NCBI GenBank assembly: GCA_043228905.1
Contig: JBHGNT010000008.1
Location: 15,996,001-16,060,000, forward strand
Source of the DNA: Azolla caroliniana
Taxonomy: Eukaryota > Plantae > Polypodiophyta
Direction: 5' to 3'
DNA length: 64,000 bases
Below are positions 57,650-64,000 of the stretch, piece after piece. The first letter of the stretch is position 1. Each line of letters starts with the position of its first letter. The notes beneath the pieces are model-generated. The model made no database searches, had not been told where the DNA came from, and saw only the letters and a program-made list of their open reading frames with translations. Position numbers and translations under genes: made by a program.

Positions 57650-57795
57650 GAGAACTGGATGTGGAGTCCCCGGCAACGGAAGACCCGATGAGAACCGGAT
57701 GTGGAGTCCCCGGCAACAGAAGACCCAGTGAGAAACGGATGTGGAGTCCCCGGCAATGAAGACCCGGTGAGAACCGGATGTTGCAGGCCCGGTGA
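57650..57795. repeat. ~40-bp tandem repeat, about 3 copies, in the B3 5' LTR (one copy in the 3' LTR)
   Basis: Unit GAGAACCGGATGTGGAGTCCCCGGCAACGGAAGACCCGGT. Confidence 0.85.
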
Positions 57796-58313
57796 GAACC
57801 TCTCATCGGATGGAAGGGACATATATGTAAATATGTTCCAGAGAGCCCATTGGGGCTATGTTTGTAAATAGCCCGAAAGTCATATTAGTATAAATATGAC
57901 CTAGGGCAAACATGATATAGAAGTTGGTTATGTGATTATCGTTGTTGTGATAATTCTGTGCGTAATAGTGTACAGAGAGAGAGAGAGAGAGGACAAGAGA
58001 GGAAGAGGTTGTTGCCTCTGTTGTAACCGCCTGGTGGCGAAGCGAGGGAGCAAGAGGTCGTTGCCTCTATGCCCCATTGTTGTAATCTTGATATAGTGAT
58101 ATTTTGCAGTCTGAGGGCTGCCGTGGTTTTTCCCATATTTGGGTTTTCCACGTTAACATCCAGTGCACTCTCTTCTCTACTGTTTCGTGTGTAGATACAT
58201 CTCTCCACATCTCTGTTTTCTATGATTGATCCGACGTCTCGATTGTGGCCGAGCATAGCTTAGACGAGCATATTCCTATCAAACTGGTATCAGAGCGAAA
58301 CGACATAGAAAAA

Positions 58314-61300
58314 ATGGACGATTCGTTGGGAGGCATGTTCAAGCTCACCGGCTCCAACTATTCAGTGTGGAAGTCGAAGATGAGGGACATGCTCGTGGTT
58401 AAAGATCTTTGGTTGCCAGTTCAGTTCGGGGACAAGAGACTGGACAAAATCGATGCCTCGATATGGGAGGTGATGCACATGAAGACAATGGCGTACATAC
58501 GGTGCTTCATCGACATGAGTCTACACAACTACTTCAATCAAGAGAGCAAGGCTCATGAGCTCTGGGAGAAGATCGGCATTATGTTTCAGAACAAAAATAT
58601 TGTTAATCAGGTTTCGGTATTTCGGAAGCTAGTAAGACTCTGGTACCAAGATGGCTCCAGCATGGCGGAGCACATGAATGCCTTCCAAGGGCTGATACAC
58701 CAGGAAAAATCATTAGAAGTACCTCTCGCCGATGAGGTACTAGCACTACTCCTGCTCAGTTCCCTCCCAGATAGTTGGGAGACGTTGGTCGTCACTTTGG
58801 GCAACGCCGGGCCGGAAGAGAAACGGTTATCCCTAGCAAGAGTGAATTCGAGCCTGCTAGATGAGGAGACGTGTCAGAGAGATAAGGATACGAGCTCCGA
58901 CTCCAAAGCGCTCTTTACCGAATCGGAACGCGGAAGACAAAGGAACCGTAGTCCCCAGAACCGGGAGAAGTCGGGGACACAGTCAAAGTCGAGGAGGAGG
59001 CCTACCTGCTTCTATTGCGGTAAGCCGGGACACTTCTAGAAGAACTGTCGGCACTTTCGAAAAGAGAAGGAAACCGATGGTACCGATTCGAAGCGGACAC
59101 CGAACCAGAATGGTAAAGACCGGAGGGGAACGGACCGGAAAGGAACGACGGCAATCGCGGCAAGTGAAGAAGAGTTGATGCTCATCACCGAGGAGAGTGA
59201 GCTAAACCTTGTCGGCGATGAGATGACCTGGGTGGTTGACTCCGGAGCATCGTTCCACCTTACCCCGGACCGGAAATGCTTCTCATCCTACTTTGCCGGT
59301 AATCACGGCTGTGTTCGGATGGGGAATGAAGGTACATGCCAAATTGTCGGCATAGGAAAAGTGTGGTTGACAACACCAACCGAATGCAAGCTGTTGTTAA
59401 AGAATGTCCGACACGTTCCGGAGGTTCGACTGAACCTGATATCAGCCGGTCGGCTAGATGATGAAGGCTACACGGGTAGCATCCAAAACGGGGTCATGAA
59501 GTTTAGCAAAGGGAGCCTAATTGTGGCTCGGGCCCGGAAGGTCAACACGTTGTACCTGATGAATGCTCGGTTATGCCCAGAAGAAGTGAACGTGGCTTCT
59601 GACACTGCCGGTGAGCTGTGGCACAAGAGGCTGTGTCACATGAGCAAGAAGGGGATGAAGAGGCTTGCGAACGACAACCTCATTCCAGTGAAGAACGTGC
59701 ACTTGGAGAAGTGCACTGATTGTCTGGCCGGTAAACAAAACCGGACCTCCTTCGAATCGAGACCACCGATGAGACGTAATACACCACTGGAGTTGGTGCA
59801 TACTTATGTGTGTCAAGTAGACACAAAGTCACATGCCGGATCGCAGTACTTCGTGATGTTCATAGATGACCATGGCTGGAAGTTGTGGGCCACACCGTTG
59901 AAGACGAAGGATCAGGTGCTATCCGTGTTCAAAGAGCTCCACGCGAGAGTGGAAAGACAAACCGATCGGAAGTTGAAGGCGGTTCGAGCAGATAACGGAG
60001 GTGAATACCGGGGGCAGTTCGAGGAGTACTGTCGCTCGAAGGGAATCCGGCTCGAATTTACCGTGCCGAAGACACCGGAACTAAACGAGTTGGCCGAGAG
60101 GATGAACCGGACCATAATGGAGAGGGTCTGGAGTATGCTGGCGCATGCAAAATTACCCAAGACGTTTTGGGCTGAGGCGCTGTCAACAGCGACGTATGTG
60201 ATAAACAGATCACCCTCAGTACCCTTGGATGGAGACATGCCACAAAGAGTTTGGACCGGTAAGGAAGTGTCCTACCAGCATCTGAAGGTATTCGGGTGTC
60301 TTACGTACGTGCATGTTGCTAAGGACCGGAGAGGAAAGTTGGATCCAAAGACCCGGCTATGCATATTCCTCAGATATGGCGATCATGAGTTCAGCTACTG
60401 AGTGTGGGATCCGGTTGACAAGAAGGCTTTCCGGAGCCGAGATATTATCTTCATGGAGGACAAGACTCTTGCCGACTGGGAGTCGGAGAAGAAGATAATG
60501 AAATCCGAGTCGACCGGTAAGGATCGATTCTACAATGAACAGAGCCAACCGGCAAGAGACCGGTTAGCACTCGATGAACCGGCCGGTGACGGTAAGGAGA
60601 CAAGACAGGCCGAAGAAGAAGGAATAGGTGAAACCGGAACCGGACAAGACCCCGAATCGGATTCGGATGAAGAATAAATAGAGGATCCGGTTGCCGAAAG
60701 CCAAAGACGGAGATATCCTCTCAGAGAGAGAAGGGCCCCCCAGAGAAGGGCCCCCCAGAGAAGAGCATGTGCTGCTGACCGATGAGGGGGAGCCGGAAAA
60801 CTTTGTAGAAGCAAAGGATGACACCAACAGCCGCAAGTGGTTAAGTGCCATGTAGGACGAGATGGATTCCTTGCATGAGAACCACACATATGAATTGGTG
60901 GAGTTGCCGAAAGGAAAGAGGGCACTCCGAAACAAGTGGGTTTACAAGTTGAAACCGGAAGATGCCGGCAACCCTCCAAGATACAAAGCCAAGATCGTGG
61001 TCAAGGGGTTCCCGCAGAAGAAGGGTGTGGACTTTGACGAGATATTTGCCCCGGTAGTAAAGATGACTTCCATCCGGATGGTGCTGAGTATAGCGCCAAG
61101 CATGGACCTCGAGGTAGAGCAGCTGGATGTGAAGACGGCATTCCTTCACGGTGACCTCAAAGAGGAGATCTACATGCGGCAACCAGAAGGATTCATGGAG
61201 AAAGGGAAGGAGCACCTGGTTTTCCGGTTGAAGAAGAGCTTGTACGAACTGAAGCAGGCTCCCCGGCAATGGTACCGAAAGTTCGACTCCTTCATGACCG

Positions 61301-62361
61301 ATCAAGGGTACCACAAGACGCAAGCTGATCATTGCATATTTGTGAAGAAGTTTGAAGGTGGAAACTTCCTGATACTCCTCCTGTACGTGGACGACATGTT
61401 GATCGTCAGACGAGACCAAGTCAAAATACGGATGTTGAAGAAGGCTCTCAACCGAACTTTCTCAATGAAAGACTTGGGCCCGGCAAGACAGATACTGGGG
61501 ATGCACATCATCCGGGACCGGTCAAAGAAGCAATTGTTGTTGTCACAAGAGAAATACGTGACAAAGGTGCTTCAGTGGTTCAACATGTTAGAAGCGAAAC
61601 CGGTCGGATCGACACTCCCAGCAAACTGCAGATTATCCGATAAGCAAAGCCCGAAGATGAAAGCAGAGAAGGAAGATATGATGAAGGTTCCATATGCCTC
61701 TGCCGTCGGGAGCTTAATGTACGCAATGGTGTGCACTCGACCAGATATTGGATACGCAGTTGGAGTGGTGAGCCAGTGTATGAGCAATCCCGGCAAGGAG
61801 CACTGGAATGCAGTCAAATGGATAATTCGGTACTTGACGGGCACTTCGAATATGTGTCTCTGATTCGGCTCCGGTAAACCTCAACTTGACGGTTTTACCG
61901 ATTCGGACATGTCAGTTGATGTGGATAGCAGCCGGTCTACATCCGTGTATGTAATGACATATGCAGGGGGAGTTGTTTCGTGGCAGTCGAGGCTGCAAAA
62001 GACGGTTGTGTTGTCAACCACGGAGGCGGAGTACATGGCGGCTGTGGAAGCCGGCAAGGAAATATTATGGATGAAGGACTTTATCGGAGAGCTCAGTATC
62101 CGGCAAGATGAATACCATCTCTATTGCGACAGTCAAAGTGCCATCCACCTTGCTAAGAATGCAGCGTACCATTCCAAGACGAAGCACATCCAGCGTAGGT
62201 ATCACTGGATCCGGGAGCGAGTAGAAGATCGAGAGTTCGCGCTGACGAAGATCCACACGACCGAGAACGGATCAGATATGTTGACCAAAGTACTGATACC
62301 CGACAAGCTGGATGCATGTCAGAAGCGGATCGGACTAGTAAGACATCCCATGCCGAAGTGA
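58314..62361 (+). pseudogene. B3 gag-pol with several premature stops
   Basis: Fragments 58314-59039, 59175-60401, 60402-60677, 60862-61863 and 61909-62361 are collinear with B2 and B4. Confidence 0.93.
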
Positions 62362-63541
62362 AGGGGGAGTTTGTTAGGAAACAGGTCCCTCCGGATGGGA
62401 AGTGAGAAGCACCATGTTGATGAGCAACTCGGCCGAGGCCGAATCCGGATGTTGCAGACCCGGTGAGAACCGGATGTGGAGTCCCCGGCAACGAAGACCC
62501 GGTGAGAACCTCTCATCGGATGGAAGGGACATATATGTAAATATGTTCTAGAGAGCCCATTGGGGCTATATTTGTAAATAGCCCGAAAGTCATATTAGTA
62601 TAAATATGACCTAGGGCAAACATGATATAGAAGTTGGTTATGTGATTATCGTTGTTGCGATAATTCTGTGCGTAACAATGTACAGAGAGAGAGAGAGGAC
62701 AAGAGAGGAAGAGGTTGTTGCCTCTGTTGTAACCGCCTGGTGGCGAAGCGAGGGAGCAAGAGGTCGTTGCCTCTGTGCCCCATTGTTGTAATTTTGATAT
62801 AGTGATATTTTGCAGTCTGAGGGCTGTCGTGGTTTTTCCCATATTTGGGTTTTCCACGTTAACATCCAGTGCACTCTCTTCTCTACTGTTTCGTGTGTAG
62901 ATACATCTCTCCACATCTCTGTTTTTTGTGATTGATCCGACGTCTCGGTTGTGGCCGAGCATAGCTTAGATGAGCGTATTCCTATCAAGAAACACCTGCA
63001 CCATTTCGTCCTCCTCAACATTCACGTTGATCGAGGCGAGAGAGTCGTAGATCTCCTTGATTTGGGCTTTATAATCAGCCACAAACTGATCTTTCTGTCG
63101 GACATTGCTGAGCTCCTGCCTGAGCTGCAGCTTCCTGGCCGTTGTGCTAGCGGCAAAAATGCTCTTGAGATTTTCCCACGCGTTCTTTGGCGTCTTAGCA
63201 TCCCGAATATAGCTCAAGAGTTGGTCTCTTTCACAGGACGTGAAGCAGTAAAGAACTCAGCTTGCCGCTCAAGTTGAAAAGTCTCTGTGTGTCGATTCGG
63301 GTGATGTATTGTTAACTCCTTCGACATAACTCTAGTAACCATGACCAAGCAGGTACTGGTGCATCTAGTACGACCAAGATGCATAGTTGCTCCTATCAAG
63401 CTTCTCAGTCAATAGCGAGCTTCCCATTCCTCTGTCCATATTGTTGTCTTATCCTTTCCGAAGACGATAACTTAACTCTGTCTTTATCGCAAGCTTTTAT
63501 GTCGGTTGCAGAGGAGTCTCAACCCTCGTGCTCTGATACCA

Positions 63542-63972
63542 TGTAAAAGAATACGTGTGCGGAAGCGTATGCATAAGCACACAGAGTACACGGTTCGGTA
63601 GTACGACAGTTCAGTAAAGCACAGAAATCACAGAGAAAGAGAGGGAGAGAGAGAGAGAGAGAGAGCAGAAATACAAAACTATATTCAAAAAATAACTCTC
63701 TGTATGTTCTCTGTTATATATTTCGTGCTCAGTGAGGACCTTTTATACAAGCCCCGACTATTGGGTTGACACAAGTACTGATAGTACTTGACTGCTCATA
63801 ATGACCCTCCTACACTAACTCCCAAAACTATTCCTTACGAGGAATATTGTTCTAAAGGCCTTTCGGTTTAAACACTGCCACGACCATATTTTGCGTACGG
63901 TTTTACGCACCTAGTCTACGTACTGGGTTACGCACCCGTTTACGCACCCAATGTTGAGCTTGTCTCTCAACA
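63542..63972 (-). repeat. A1 5' LTR
   Basis: The minus strand reads TGTTGAGAG...TTTTACA, directly followed by PBS TGGTATCAGAGC. Confidence 0.93.
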
Positions 63973-64000
63973 GGAATGATGTTATTCGACACAGACCCGA

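Larger units (their letters stand above)
52073..62987 (+). mobile_element. B3: Tnt1/Tork-like copia inserted in A1 gag; its 5' LTR hosts B4
   Basis: 5' LTR 52073-52125 plus 57610-58281, PBS TGGTATCAGAGC 58285-58296, PPT, 3' LTR 62372-62987, TSD AGACA/AGAAA. Confidence 0.93.
31281..63972 (-). mobile_element. A1: decayed Ty1/copia element (family A) split by nested insertions
   Basis: LTRs at 31281-31580 and 63542-63972; perfect TSD GGAAT at 31276-31280 and 63973-63977; Met-i PBS at 63530-63541; PPT next to 31581. Coding pieces at 31581-35690, 51337-52072 and 62988-63440. Confidence 0.93.

Overview
This window is almost entirely a nested cluster of plant LTR retrotransposons. No host gene is recognisable. 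The element families suggest a seed-free land plant, but that is inference. From left to right: G1 (1-6488) is a Ty3/gypsy element with intact ORFs, a tRNA-Trp PBS and a probable -1 frameshift between Gag-PR and RT-RH-IN. It sits inside the integrase of G2, an Athila/OTA-like gypsy (6489-11195) with a decayed extra 3' ORF. An AT-rich spacer and a decayed copia (C1) follow, then the 3' end of a minus-strand element (G4) carrying two solo LTRs. G3 (19944-30058, TSD GTTGT) is a full-length Athila/OTA-like gypsy with an open gag-pol and a ~970-aa extra ORF, inserted antisense into a relative (G5). The LTR of G5 is split by copia A1 (31281-63972, TSD GGAAT), which is inflated to 32.7 kb by five further copia elements. 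One of these, B4 (52128-57604), is an intact Tnt1/Tork-like element with apparently identical LTRs. The most unusual signals: (i) G2 and G3 have no polypurine tract and instead share a 44-nt covarying stem-loop directly before the 3' LTR; (ii) both encode a large coiled-coil extra protein ending in a conserved LDILxE motif; (iii) G1 has a GGAUUUU plus pseudoknot frameshift cassette; (iv) B4 has a swapped Gag N-terminus and an unprocessed integration end. All coordinates and comparisons were read by eye.
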